Positions 41,701-50,319 of a stretch of 64,000 nucleotides of DNA are shown here, piece by piece; the stretch's first letter is position 1, and the number at the start of each line of letters is the position of its first letter. This stretch comes from a virus. Taxonomy: Duplodnaviria > Caudoviricetes. A program made the position numbers and the translations under genes. Under the pieces are notes generated by a model, which ran no database searches, was not told where the DNA came from, and was given only the letters and a program-made list of their open reading frames with translations. Location: positions 1 to 64,000 of IMG/VR virus record IMGVR_UViG_3300043447_000068; one strand, written 5' to 3'.

Positions 41701-42791
41701 GCTGTCATGAAGAATGATAGGTCTTCTACGTCACCACCAAGCTGCTTGATAACTGGACCAGCCTTTGGAATTGCTGTAGTCAAATCTTGGATAGAAAGAA
41801 CTGTCTGGTTTTCAACTGCGTTCAAGAAGTTTGTTTTATCTGCAAGCTCTTTTGTTGAGTATCCAAATGCGTCTGTCAAGGAGATGGTTGTTGCAAGTGC
41901 ATCCTGCGTTGCAGTCTGTCCAAGAACAGCAAGCTTGGTAGATTGCTCAACCTGGGCTACTAGTTGCTGCCCTGTGCTACCCATAGCAGCAGCATCTGCA
42001 GCAAGACCAAGTGTTTGATCAAGGCTTACACCATACTTAGTTAGCTCAAGACCAACCTTCTTGATTTGCTCAAGCATGGCATCTGTTTGCTCTGTTGGAG
42101 TGAATGCATCTCCATATACTCTCTTAAACTTAATAGAAGCTTCTTCAATTTTCTTAAACTCTTGTGCAGCAGCTGATCCAAAGATAGATAGCGGAATAGT
42201 AAAACCAACCATAAGCTGGCGACCTGCCCACTGAGTATTCTTACCAAAGTTAAGAAGATTTGTAGAACCCTGCTTAAGGATTTGGTTAAAGATTTGAGTA
42301 CGCTGTGCTGCAATCTGTGCCTTTGTTCCAAGGTCTTCCATGTCAAGAGCGAGTGGTCTTACAGAGATTGCCTTGAGTGCACCGCTAGCATCTCTACCCA
42401 AAGATATGTACTGTGTTTGAAGATCTTTTACACGCTCACGTGCGACTTTGTTTACTGTGTCAAATTCACTTTGGAACATACGAGAAAAGCTCTTGCTTGA
42501 TGCCATTCCATATTTGAAATATTGGCCAAGCGAGAGCTTATTCTTCTCAAGTGCTTTTGTAAAAGTATCTGTTGTTGAGCTGATTGTCTTTAGGCTTGCA
42601 GAGAACTTGCCAGTAGCGTTAATATCATCTATTAACGATCTTTGCAGATTCTTTGCAGCTAGAGCATTTGCAGCTGAAGATGCGGACATCTCCTTTTGAA
42701 AAGCTGAGATTTGTTTTTGGAGTGCCTTAATCGATGCCAGAGCAGAGGCGGTATCTATATTGACACGGATATTTGATTGGATATCAGCCAT
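35754..42791 (-). CDS. Tape measure protein
   Basis: 2345 aa, helical, TP901-type core (GINASEGANALKSGL), GPG..D.IPA.LS.GE.V motifs. Confidence 0.95.
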   Translation of the reverse strand: MADIQSNIRVNIDTASALASIKALQKQISAFQKEMSASSAANALAAKNLQRSLIDDINATGKFSASLKTISSTTDTFTKALEKNKLSLGQYFKYGMASSKSFSRMFQSEFDTVNKVARERVKDLQTQYISLGRDASGALKAISVRPLALDMEDLGTKAQIAAQRTQIFNQILKQGSTNLLNFGKNTQWAGRQLMVGFTIPLSIFGSAAAQEFKKIEEASIKFKRVYGDAFTPTEQTDAMLEQIKKVGLELTKYGVSLDQTLGLAADAAAMGSTGQQLVAQVEQSTKLAVLGQTATQDALATTISLTDAFGYSTKELADKTNFLNAVENQTVLSIQDLTTAIPKAGPVIKQLGGDVEDLSFFMTAMKEGGINASEGANALKSGLASLINPTEKARTMLLGMGIDMKQILSDNEGNVSGVVVEFAQALDKLDPTTRAQAIEQLFGKFQFARLSALFKNVVAEGTQAQRVLELSNMTASDLAALSAKELATVEDSPLYKFQAALEKFQAAMAPVGEQFMKMVTPFVEFGTKILNMFNNMTDGAKGFITTIVALAGVVAPVFIMAFGLIANAIANGMKGFLFLKNALQGTLKETYDLGEQTQYMTQEQLEASAVAASLDQVHGKLTQTFTSEAGAIDKLRVAMERAGAAQAKFGGVSVARGTKPKNFANGGMVVSGPGGPKGDKIPANLSDGEVVLSAETVQENPNVVAALLAGGKVKIPGFKKGGGPGSPKGSVSFGDSSVDINASQAAIDRIQTILNGITDDFIKVDQKGDVIEKLFGSLATMSEEGKVSLKKFFQAFAVAAEDVSGQNVSNQVNKFYAENLGVKGKPMKYSATGVGTIQQQADKAGRGDELQRARMRLAEEESLGLPGGQYQIDRAHRLPVGGAAKSLPEAWDMKGVNPQTHTENQISNYLAGEQKVKAFYDKYMAQLEKMRADGKVSEDQYISIKNKINSNLALSEVELATQADVLEAITAEDKKTWESSKAMQNAYNDSKRAVAGARVSGGLSTNPSVGVATSGEAASFASGIDAAKDQVRAAGTRAVQNFADGINAESESASPSKKTRRAAKNLVDGVVEAINEGKDDVKVAAASSQTAKAEASRQQLYGGQMPTSTDKSIRRNQQRKSVVGAAAEKQQKRNIEAFNASIKKTSDSFASFNSKMMGISSVLGSVSMVAGMFGNDLGGLGSAITGLSTVMFTLAMMSNMLINAERLQLAIKAASYVAQQAFNTGLGRSVAVARMFVLGLLGTNVAQTAATASTTGLAVGAGAAAVSLWSLIWPIAAVVAAIAALGFGLKALFDWFGDQKAQVTGLGDTAAMAAEKVAALGEALGVTVTNIDLANRVGVASGTTGEQQTMQEKVETSTYGSEGKSFTDYFGDNITAVKNATKGDATASLESLALQLGNSGFGPETVDGIIRAIATAAGRKDLDLKFASVNMGLDTPEGMAQLDKQFNAATTQLNAIAAKKPTLGALAQNGAKYSNYAQNTLTTDEKKSVEVAGGQIGTSLQALANGFETGMIDAETLVAKISEVGAGFASMTDEAKLLALPKIAEAMGMTDAIAGVNDLNDQFLILQATAAGVTITDEQLSVLKQGKAAGAKYTKTLATITNAINTAAVATENQNKAQEALNTSLAVQEQADNVQKNIDTYNSLTQLEGVTLTTAEAIRYASNAAIQDAMAKVEAAKGTDQYATALANLKGALTNLVTADRQWEKISSKGTGGQKSPYQLAIEALKNQRKEMQQTVRAYGLMTKANISAGAAWKYANDATIAAGLATAKTAKQIKAITDAIKALEKENLKNAFGNWSKENAAAKETLNNQLKMSTALGAVGASAEEVDELLSDENLAAGFKAGTVSAQQLESALAKIRANKEIEIKIKMQTAEGMQELFDDAMSMVQEAFDAKETQIELDFKLGTNLSGENADLINMDAIDKTITDAEDQLAKLAYQVDDYDAGLQQIQWQEEEINKKYEDRTKALDRIQKANDAITRQNKAQLTIADALSQGDIAAAAKAIEDGRAQTAEAAITSQREALDLAKQQEIAELTDAQGRTRAQLEASILDLKKQIFTIEETTLEPATEARRQAELKKQAAIDSIVVLGKNRDEWDAIQSKVDMARVNSDKYKKEIDKALGLAVELVKKWDSLDGKVVTTTHVINTITNGSSTGSGGTGGSGGSGGSGGSANTNTAPAVGDKKYIGSQLATYTKQLVKGTGVYNGSQFVPAKYEYIWKSGGGMVPQYFGNGGQPRGTDTVPAMLTPGEFVMRKSAVNKYGVGTMRAMNSGSFVPNMSAPAISMPGGSSSAPAVIGGSNSSATNNSSVYNYNLSVNVGSSNSGAQEIANAVMNKIKSVDSQRVRGVRV

Positions 42792-42809
42792 TAATTAGCA
42801 CTCCCATTT

Positions 42810-43121
42810 TTAGTTCTTTAGTGCTGCAAGTCCCTCTCCAAGGTTCGAACCTGAAGCCTCTTCGATAATCTTGTACACTGTAGGTAGATCCAAAGCTTCT
42901 TCTAGAGCCTTGATATCTTCTGCCAATTCTGGCTTGTATTGCTGCATTGCAATCTGAACGCACTCCATGAGCAAGTCCATAGACTTATCATTGTTATCTG
43001 CAACCTTTGCGATTCCCTCAAACTTCTTCAAGAATGGGCGAAGCAAGGAAACCTTTAGTGGTCTGATTGCGATTTCTGTTCCATCAATAAGGGTTATTTT
43101 CTTTTCTTCGTTTGCTGTCAT
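42810..43121 (-). CDS. Tail assembly chaperone (short form)
   Basis: Directly upstream of the tape measure; paralogous to the N half of 43180-43878. Confidence 0.75.
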   Translation of the reverse strand: MTANEEKKITLIDGTEIAIRPLKVSLLRPFLKKFEGIAKVADNNDKSMDLLMECVQIAMQQYKPELAEDIKALEEALDLPTVYKIIEEASGSNLGEGLAALKN

Positions 43122-43179
43122 TGACGTTGTTCCTCCTTATGAACATATATACGTGGTGATATTATTATAGCATAGCCAA

Positions 43180-43878
43180 CTATGATTTTTGCCTTAAATC
43201 TTCATAGCCAAGGCCCATACCAATTCCAAATCCTGCCTTGTTTGCATTCACTCCCTGGTATGCTAATATGTCGTTTGAGTCGTTAGCTTTACCGCCACTA
43301 AATACTCTTGCCTTCATAGCTTCCCAAGGATCTTCTTCTTTCTTGCCTGACTGCTCATCAAGATCTACTCCCTGTAGTGCAGCAGCAAATTTCTTATCTT
43401 CATAGTCCTTGTCTCTTTTAGCCTCAAGAATGGCTGTTAGCTCTTGCAAAGATAGCGACTGCTCTAGATCATCAAAGTCCTTCCAGATGCCAAGAGAGAA
43501 TACTTCTGCTTCTAGAGATACCAAATCAAACTTATCCCATGACAGGCCTTCTTCGTCTTTTCTAGCTTGCTTAGGGATATCCTCTTCTTCTGGATCTACG
43601 TTAATACCAGCAGATATCTGCAATACTGTTCTCATTGTTGCTAAATCAAAAGATTCCTCTACTTGAGATACTGACTTAATCTCTGGATAGAATTGCTGCA
43701 TTGCTACCCTGACGCATTCAGACATGAATGTCAAAGCTATATCGTCATCTGGAGCATCTTTCATAAATGCAAAAGATTCCATAAACTGACGAAGGTATTT
43801 GATTTTTAATGGAGCAACTAGTATGGATGTGCCATCCATAGTCTCTATAATTGCTGTCTTGTGTACACTAGTTGCCAT
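43180..43878 (-). CDS. Tail assembly chaperone (long form)
   Basis: Between major tail protein and tape measure; chaperone-like N domain plus C extension. Confidence 0.7.
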   Translation of the reverse strand: MATSVHKTAIIETMDGTSILVAPLKIKYLRQFMESFAFMKDAPDDDIALTFMSECVRVAMQQFYPEIKSVSQVEESFDLATMRTVLQISAGINVDPEEEDIPKQARKDEEGLSWDKFDLVSLEAEVFSLGIWKDFDDLEQSLSLQELTAILEAKRDKDYEDKKFAAALQGVDLDEQSGKKEEDPWEAMKARVFSGGKANDSNDILAYQGVNANKAGFGIGMGLGYEDLRQKS

Positions 43879-43893
43879 GTATATAGTATAGCA

Positions 43894-43930
43894 AAAATAA
43901 AACTGCCCCAGGATATTTCCCAGGGCAGCC
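43894..43930 (-). terminator. Terminator after the major tail gene
   Basis: CTGCCCTGGG/CCTGGGGCAG stem followed by TTTTATTTTT. Confidence 0.8.
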
Positions 43931-43949
43931 TTATCTATATTAAGTTATT

Positions 43950-44588
43950 TTAGTATGTACGATCAACGATCTTGCCGTAAGATGCTGAGTCGTTTGGTAG
44001 CAGACGGAAAGATACCTCAAATTGGGTAGCTTCGTCACGCTTTGCTGCTACTGTAACATTCTCAATTGAGAGTGCACGGTATGCAACATAGATTCTTTGC
44101 TCGTCCGCTGCACAGTCACCTGTACCTGGACCAACTGCAACTAGACCACGCTCTACTGGACACTCACCAAGCTCACCTGCTGAAAGATTCAGAGTTTGGA
44201 TACCAGAACCTGAAGTCAGGTTGGTGTCCTTGCTTGCGAGAGCGAATAGAAGGTTTTCTAGTGTAGCTTCAGCAAATGTAGTGTTCATGTTAACCTGCAT
44301 GCCTTGCTTGTATAGCTTGGCAACGTCAAGAACCTGGTCAACGCTAACTTCACCGAAGTCAGGTTGGAACTGGAGTTCAAGACCATTGCTGGTGTAACCA
44401 ACGTTGCGGAATCCATCAGTAGATGTCCAGCCGTTTTCTGCTGTTGCACCCTCTTGTAGAGTCTCTACATAGGATGTGTTAGCTTCGTACGCTGGAAGAT
44501 CTGCATCAGTAAGCACGCCATCTTCATATGTGAAGAGGGCAGCTGCACCAACGATGATGTTCGCACTTGTACCACGTGTATATGCCAT
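43950..44588 (-). CDS. Major tail protein
   Basis: NVGYTSNGLELQFQP, TTFAEATLENL; strong RBS GAGGTG before MAYTRG. Confidence 0.85.
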   Translation of the reverse strand: MAYTRGTSANIIVGAAALFTYEDGVLTDADLPAYEANTSYVETLQEGATAENGWTSTDGFRNVGYTSNGLELQFQPDFGEVSVDQVLDVAKLYKQGMQVNMNTTFAEATLENLLFALASKDTNLTSGSGIQTLNLSAGELGECPVERGLVAVGPGTGDCAADEQRIYVAYRALSIENVTVAAKRDEATQFEVSFRLLPNDSASYGKIVDRTY

Positions 44589-44669
44589 AGTTTTCACCTC
44601 TTATTTCGTTATGGAATAAGTGGGGATTTCGTTTCCTCACTTATAGTATACAACCTTTTTATGATATAA

Positions 44670-45206
44670 TTACGATTTATGCCAGTCGTAATCAATAATT
44701 ATTTTATTACCTGCATAGGTTCTGGCAGTGCCAAAATCAATTAGGTCTCTTGTTTCTTCTAGTTGATAAATGCGTATCTTGTGGAAAAATGGCATAGGAA
44801 GCGTGTTTCCTGCATCATCCGTTATTGGGCTATTTGATGCCTGCTTTGCCTTTATCCAAGAGTTTAGCTCTTGTGCTGACTCATCTTCTCTGTCTAGTAG
44901 GTCCTGAACAACCTGAGTGGTTTCAATGAGATCGACTGGGTCCCCAGCCATTTTGTAGAAATAGTATAGAAGTTGCTCTGACTTCACGTGTGGGAATGGG
45001 CTTCTTCTCATCTTTAGCATTCTGTCAAATACGGCAAACACGTTTGCTGATGCATCTGGGAATGTCTCTGTAAGAGCCTCTATGTCTGTTGGGCTTGCTG
45101 GGAAAAACTTCATAAGTCCGTTGCTAAAGCGTTCTGAGCCTAACTCTGCAGGAATTCTTTCTGCCAAATATGCATTAATAAACGCTGGTGGGTAATAAAT
45201 TTCCAT
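44670..45206 (-). CDS. Tail terminator/completion protein
   Basis: Position before the major tail gene; start moved to MEIYY (TAATG coupling). Confidence 0.55.
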   Translation of the reverse strand: MEIYYPPAFINAYLAERIPAELGSERFSNGLMKFFPASPTDIEALTETFPDASANVFAVFDRMLKMRRSPFPHVKSEQLLYYFYKMAGDPVDLIETTQVVQDLLDREDESAQELNSWIKAKQASNSPITDDAGNTLPMPFFHKIRIYQLEETRDLIDFGTARTYAGNKIIIDYDWHKS

Positions 45207-45886
45207 TAGTCTGCAACTCCTGCTTCTGCCATCCATCTGTATCCAGTAGATACGCCTGTTGACCTACCGCCACCACGGACACCTCTATCAAGGTACTTGT
45301 GATATAGAGATGGTGTCTTTAGGTATTTGTTTATACCGCTGTTCTCAAGAAATGACTGTGAGAAGTAGCTGTTGAAGAATGTGTCCATAGTTTGCTCAAA
45401 GCCACCTTGGACCTCAGCACCACCTGGGTTGTTAATCGTTATTGGCTTCTTTGTAAAGATAGTTTCTCCATTGGCTTCAAATCTCAACGCATTCTTACGT
45501 GGCTTAATGGTTACTGGGATACCCATTTCCATGATCTTAGCCTTGTTGTAGAATGGCTCTTTTGAGCCGTTTGCAGCCACTTTGGACTGAGTTAGGGATG
45601 ACCCTATAGATAATCCACCATTAGATAGTGAATATGTTAAATTAAATAATCTAGCTGAGGGGTTCCCTACCTGGTTCCACTCATATACGTGGTGTAGCAT
45701 CTGACGATCTACCCTAGCCATGGAATCAATAAAGCCCTTCAGTGCATCTATAGTTGACTTTCCGAGGTTGGACAAAAATACATTTTTTCCACTCTGAACA
45801 CCATCTAAGAATCCAAGAGAATATGCGACTAGATCATCCATCTCTTTATTAAAGATCTTATCATCCCAAATTACAGGAAGTACCAT
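45206..45886 (-). CDS. Neck/tail completion protein
   Basis: Synteny. Confidence 0.5.
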   Translation of the reverse strand: MVLPVIWDDKIFNKEMDDLVAYSLGFLDGVQSGKNVFLSNLGKSTIDALKGFIDSMARVDRQMLHHVYEWNQVGNPSARLFNLTYSLSNGGLSIGSSLTQSKVAANGSKEPFYNKAKIMEMGIPVTIKPRKNALRFEANGETIFTKKPITINNPGGAEVQGGFEQTMDTFFNSYFSQSFLENSGINKYLKTPSLYHKYLDRGVRGGGRSTGVSTGYRWMAEAGVAD

Positions 45887-46335
45887 TATACGTCTACCCC
45901 CTGATTCTCAGATCTACGGATTACTAGCTTGTAGTACTCAACATTGCCAAATGGGCCAACGATTGGCTCCTGTGATGCTATCTCAAAAATTGTAGCCTTG
46001 CCATCACGTACGCCAGATGTTTCTGTATAAATTCTATTTCCAAGGTTATCTTTTATGTTGCTGATAACTATGTTTGTGATGGCCTGACCATCATCTTGTG
46101 AGTTAACTCTAATATCAGTTTTTACACGGCCAACGAGAACAAGCTCTTTTGTGATATTGACATTAGGGATAACCTCTTCTTTGGATGCCCCAGCAGCTGA
46201 AGCAAAGTAGCAAGCAATAGTCTTATTGTGAATCCAGTTTTTCTTGACATTGCCGTATGCTCCTTGCTCAACAGTAGGATAAAACACCTCTGCTGTCATC
46301 GGGAATATGAAATCAGTCTTTTCACAGACTACCAT
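45886..46335 (-). CDS. Head-tail stopper
   Basis: Synteny and size. Confidence 0.55.
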   Translation of the reverse strand: MVVCEKTDFIFPMTAEVFYPTVEQGAYGNVKKNWIHNKTIACYFASAAGASKEEVIPNVNITKELVLVGRVKTDIRVNSQDDGQAITNIVISNIKDNLGNRIYTETSGVRDGKATIFEIASQEPIVGPFGNVEYYKLVIRRSENQGVDV

Positions 46336-47214
46336 TTACAACACTCCAAGTTTAAGAATAGACTTAGAATACTTTGAAAGTATCTTGTCTACTATAATAT
46401 TTCCAGTTCCCTCAAAACTTGACTTATCAAATTGAATTCTAAATTGGTCTGTATTGTATGAAGTAACAAATCTCTTGTAATATTCTAGCTTTCCACAGGT
46501 AAGGTCTTCAACTAGCAATTCTGTTGCTCTTACGATATCAGATGGAATATTCTTGTGGCCTATTTCTAGGACAATCTTGTAGTCTGAATTCTTGATGAAT
46601 CCACCAGTAAAGTATATGACAGATCCATTATCTGATGCAGCTAGTGGCAAAATTACATTTGCACCCTCTGATCTATTTACCATGCTAGGGTATTCTTCAA
46701 CTACTGCTGTCTTGTCTTCAGTTATCTTGAAAGATCTTGCGTAGTCATCTGCATTGTCAGCATCGTATATGCATACGTTGTTCTCATAAACCTTGATCAC
46801 CTTTTTTGCATCCACCCAGAGAGGGATGTAGTCAGCACCATTGCCAACTGTATCTAAAACATATTTCTTATAGTAAAAGCCAGCAGGAATAACAGAATCA
46901 ATTATTGCACGTGCAATCTCTTCATTCTTAGTGTATTCTTCTATTTCTGAGGCTATACTTCCCTTAGTGTTTGGATCTACATATGGTCTTACTACAGACA
47001 CGTCATATGTTTCTCCATCAATTGTAATTTCATAGTCCCCGTCAATATGTGACGGTAGGGCTATTGATAGCGAACCATTGCTATCTGATGTTGTTGTTGC
47101 AGAAGTTGTTGAGTGATCCGCCAAGGTTAGGACAGTGTAAGAATACGCTGAACTTGGATTTAATCCAATAACCTTATAGGCAATAACACTTGACGGAACT
47201 CTCAATACTTCCAT
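46336..47214 (-). CDS. Head-tail adaptor
   Basis: IARAIID and IPSDIVRAT adaptor-like motifs. Confidence 0.65.
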   Translation of the reverse strand: MEVLRVPSSVIAYKVIGLNPSSAYSYTVLTLADHSTTSATTTSDSNGSLSIALPSHIDGDYEITIDGETYDVSVVRPYVDPNTKGSIASEIEEYTKNEEIARAIIDSVIPAGFYYKKYVLDTVGNGADYIPLWVDAKKVIKVYENNVCIYDADNADDYARSFKITEDKTAVVEEYPSMVNRSEGANVILPLAASDNGSVIYFTGGFIKNSDYKIVLEIGHKNIPSDIVRATELLVEDLTCGKLEYYKRFVTSYNTDQFRIQFDKSSFEGTGNIIVDKILSKYSKSILKLGVL

Positions 47215-47666
47215 TATAGGCCGTATCCCTTTGCAACTTCCTTTGGATCTGCAATGCGGATGTTACCCTTAGTAAGCCACTTGTCAGCAGCTTCCTTTGA
47301 TACGATGTTGAATCCCTTAGAGATCTTTCCAACGCCTTCCCAGTGCATGTTGCGTGTTGAGTGAATTGCTACAGTATCTGTAGCTGGCTTTTCAACCTTT
47401 GGAGCAGTAGGCTTCTTTGCAGGAGCCTTTCCTGTACCAATAACACCATCAGCAACTGAACCAAGAGCCTGTGCCTCTGAATTAGCTGATCCCTTTGGAC
47501 CAGAAATTACATCTTCTGCTGGCTTTGGAGCTTCTTCAATCTTAGCTTCTTCCTTGACCTCTGCTACAACCTCTTCTGCCTTTTCAGCAACTTCTGGTGT
47601 AACAACTGGCTCTTCGACTACGATTGGATCTAGGACTACATCTTCGTTCTTAATATCTTCAGACAT
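47214..47666 (-). CDS. Hypothetical protein (acidic N-terminus)
   Basis: ORF with RBS GGAGG, after capsid. Confidence 0.6.
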   Translation of the reverse strand: MSEDIKNEDVVLDPIVVEEPVVTPEVAEKAEEVVAEVKEEAKIEEAPKPAEDVISGPKGSANSEAQALGSVADGVIGTGKAPAKKPTAPKVEKPATDTVAIHSTRNMHWEGVGKISKGFNIVSKEAADKWLTKGNIRIADPKEVAKGYGL

Positions 47667-47710
47667 AATGCCTCCTTAATTGTCTAGTAATATTATACAT
47701 TAATATATGA

Positions 47711-47745
47711 GATAAGGGGCAGGAGCTTGGATGCCCCTGCCCCCT
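47711..47745 (-). terminator. Terminator after the capsid gene
   Basis: GGGGCAGG/CCTGCCCC stem. Confidence 0.7.
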
Positions 47746-47765
47746 AAAAAGGTACTGTTTACAGA

Positions 47766-48902
47766 TTATGCATCTGCAGCAGCGTCAGCAAACGCAATTG
47801 CGTCCTGCTCTTCCCACTGGATACCAAAGCGGACGAATACTGTGTATTCAATTGTGTCCTTCTTTGGCTTGTATTCACGGTTTACAGTGATGTCTCTCTG
47901 TAGACCCCAAACACGGTTCTGAGGGAATGTAAGGTCAACGTAGCCTGCTGGGTAGTATGGAACTTCCTGAACATCTACGCCAAGAACACGAGTAGAGCGA
48001 GCTCCACCGAATGTCTGACCAGTACCGTCTAGGTATGCCTGACGGTTTGCAGGGGTACCTGCTGGAGTTCCAGCAAATGCTTCAGCGATTGCGTCAGCAA
48101 GAGTACCGTTGTGCTTGATGATTCCCTGGAATGCGTCAGTACCAGCGTAGAACTTAAGGTTGTTCTTAAGTGCACGGTACTTACGTGGCATAGCAAGGAT
48201 GATCTTCTGCATGACATCTGGTGTCCACGCATTGTCAGCTACAGTAACTACTGCTTCGTGTGCATCGCCATCGTTCTTAGCCTTGTTCACGAAACCATTC
48301 ATGATTCCGAGGAACGCACCATCGTCACTGTCGCCAGTTCCGTTGATAGCAAGATCTTCGATGTCGTTTGCAAAAGCATTAGTCATAAGACGTACCAAGT
48401 GATCCTCAAGAGCACCACCTTCAATACCATCTTCTAGAGCTTCAGCTGAGACTTCCCAGTCAAGACGAATCTTCTTTGTAGTCAATTCAACCTTTGAGAA
48501 TGTTGCACCAGCGTTTGTGTAGTCACCGTTTGCCTGAGTAGCTGCACGAATAACACGCTCACCAACGTTAACCTTTTCAAGTTCCATTGTGTTAGCTCTC
48601 ATTGTTACACGACGACCATCGTTAGCAAGAACAGTCGCATCCCAAACATAGTCGATAAAACGACGTGCTTGTTCAGGACGCAGGATACCACTGCCAGCAT
48701 CACCTGAAGGATTTACTGCGTTAGGTCCTGTGGTCGATCCAAAACGAGCAGTTGGGATGTTCCCAATTGCACCTTCAGTACCATAGTTACCAGGTACAGC
48801 AGCACCAGCTGCTGAACCAGATGCGAATGCACCTTCACCGTTGTAAAGACCGCTGTCAGCACCTGCTGCATCTGGATTATTTTTCTTAATTTCTTCCGAC
48901 AT
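47766..48902 (-). CDS. Major capsid protein (HK97 fold)
   Basis: Follows the protease; GILRPEQARRFID, EALED, DLAING. Confidence 0.9.
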   Translation of the reverse strand: MSEEIKKNNPDAAGADSGLYNGEGAFASGSAAGAAVPGNYGTEGAIGNIPTARFGSTTGPNAVNPSGDAGSGILRPEQARRFIDYVWDATVLANDGRRVTMRANTMELEKVNVGERVIRAATQANGDYTNAGATFSKVELTTKKIRLDWEVSAEALEDGIEGGALEDHLVRLMTNAFANDIEDLAINGTGDSDDGAFLGIMNGFVNKAKNDGDAHEAVVTVADNAWTPDVMQKIILAMPRKYRALKNNLKFYAGTDAFQGIIKHNGTLADAIAEAFAGTPAGTPANRQAYLDGTGQTFGGARSTRVLGVDVQEVPYYPAGYVDLTFPQNRVWGLQRDITVNREYKPKKDTIEYTVFVRFGIQWEEQDAIAFADAAADA

Positions 48903-48925
48903 ATTGTCACCTCCTAAGTGATGTA

Positions 48926-50257
48926 TTACTTAAATAGATCGGCAGTTTTGAGGAAACGTCCGCCCCATATTGATTTTTCAACCTGTATCTCAGGCTGTTC
49001 CTGCACGATATCACCGATATCGCCAGACTTGCGGAAAGCAGTATCAGCTTCTACAGCGTCTACTCTCTTTCCAAACTCATTAAAGTTGTTCTTCGATTCA
49101 GTTACCTCATTTTTTACTGAATCTAGAGACTTAGTCAATACTGAAATTTCTTCTTGCATTGACTTAATTGTTGATACAAGATCGCTAAAGGCTGATGTAA
49201 CAGATTCCTTCATTTCGGCAACTGCCTTTGAAATGTCTGCTGCATCATCTGACTTCTTAGCCTCTTCCTTGTCATCCTCTTCACCAGACATGTCGTCTGC
49301 TTCTTCGGTGACTTCGGTACCTGGCTTGTCATCTTCATCTTTGTCATCGCTCTTCTCAACAGCTTCAGACTTTTCAACGTCTGCTGCTGGAGCCTCTGCG
49401 ACAACTTCTGCCTCTGGAGCGACCTCTGCATTTTCAACAACCACATCTGCAGCATCAGACTTTTCGACTGTTGCTTCTGTTGTTGTTTCTTCTGTCATAG
49501 GACTTACCTCCTTTGTCATCTTAGAAAGATTAATGCCTTTAGCACTATCAACTAAGAACTTTATCATGTCTACTTTTTCACTATCATCTTTTTCAACAAA
49601 TCCAATGTTTTGCATTAGTTCGCCAGACACTGGGCTTGCAATTGACTCTTCTTCTGATAGAAGAACAATTCCAGCTTCCTTGTCATAGAACACATTCTCA
49701 ATTACTGTGTCAGCTACGATTCCAGACATACCGCTTGTGCCATCTGCCTTTTGTACAGACAGGATGTTAGCAAATTGATTTGCAGGGTTGTCAACTAGTG
49801 ATAGTTCAATTAGGTCGTAGTCCTTAATAATTCTAATTGTAGAATCTACCTTCTCATCGTAGGCATCATCCCACTTATTCATTCTACCGCCAATTGAAAA
49901 ACCAGAAAGAGTGCCATCAAGAACCTTTTCCCAAGTATCTTGTGCACCCTTTGAAATATAAGCAGAAACGTAGATGCCGTTATACATCTTCTTTGTTTCT
50001 GGATCAAAAAACTTTTCTTCCTTAAAAGCAACCATCTTTCCAACTGAAATTGGCTGGTGCATTTCACGGATGTTTCCACGGAAACGCTTGAAAGCATCTA
50101 GGCTAGCTTCTGGAGTAACAATGTCTGCCTGCTTGTCAACGTTATCAAGTGTGGCAAAACCAGAAACTATACGCTTCTCTTGGTCAACTTTGGAGAGTGG
50201 CATTGACAGGCGGATGTCATTTCCGTCTGTGGTCCACTGTGCTTTAGAAATAGTCAT
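48926..50257 (-). CDS. Prohead protease fused to an acidic scaffold region
   Basis: VSGFAT...REMH...GFSIGG...ELSLVDNPAN; acidic C half. Confidence 0.88.
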   Translation of the reverse strand: MTISKAQWTTDGNDIRLSMPLSKVDQEKRIVSGFATLDNVDKQADIVTPEASLDAFKRFRGNIREMHQPISVGKMVAFKEEKFFDPETKKMYNGIYVSAYISKGAQDTWEKVLDGTLSGFSIGGRMNKWDDAYDEKVDSTIRIIKDYDLIELSLVDNPANQFANILSVQKADGTSGMSGIVADTVIENVFYDKEAGIVLLSEEESIASPVSGELMQNIGFVEKDDSEKVDMIKFLVDSAKGINLSKMTKEVSPMTEETTTEATVEKSDAADVVVENAEVAPEAEVVAEAPAADVEKSEAVEKSDDKDEDDKPGTEVTEEADDMSGEEDDKEEAKKSDDAADISKAVAEMKESVTSAFSDLVSTIKSMQEEISVLTKSLDSVKNEVTESKNNFNEFGKRVDAVEADTAFRKSGDIGDIVQEQPEIQVEKSIWGGRFLKTADLFK

Positions 50258-50319
50258 TGTAGTATAATTATAGAGCCTTTTTTTGCAATATTACATTTTT
50301 ATAACATTATAGCATATTT

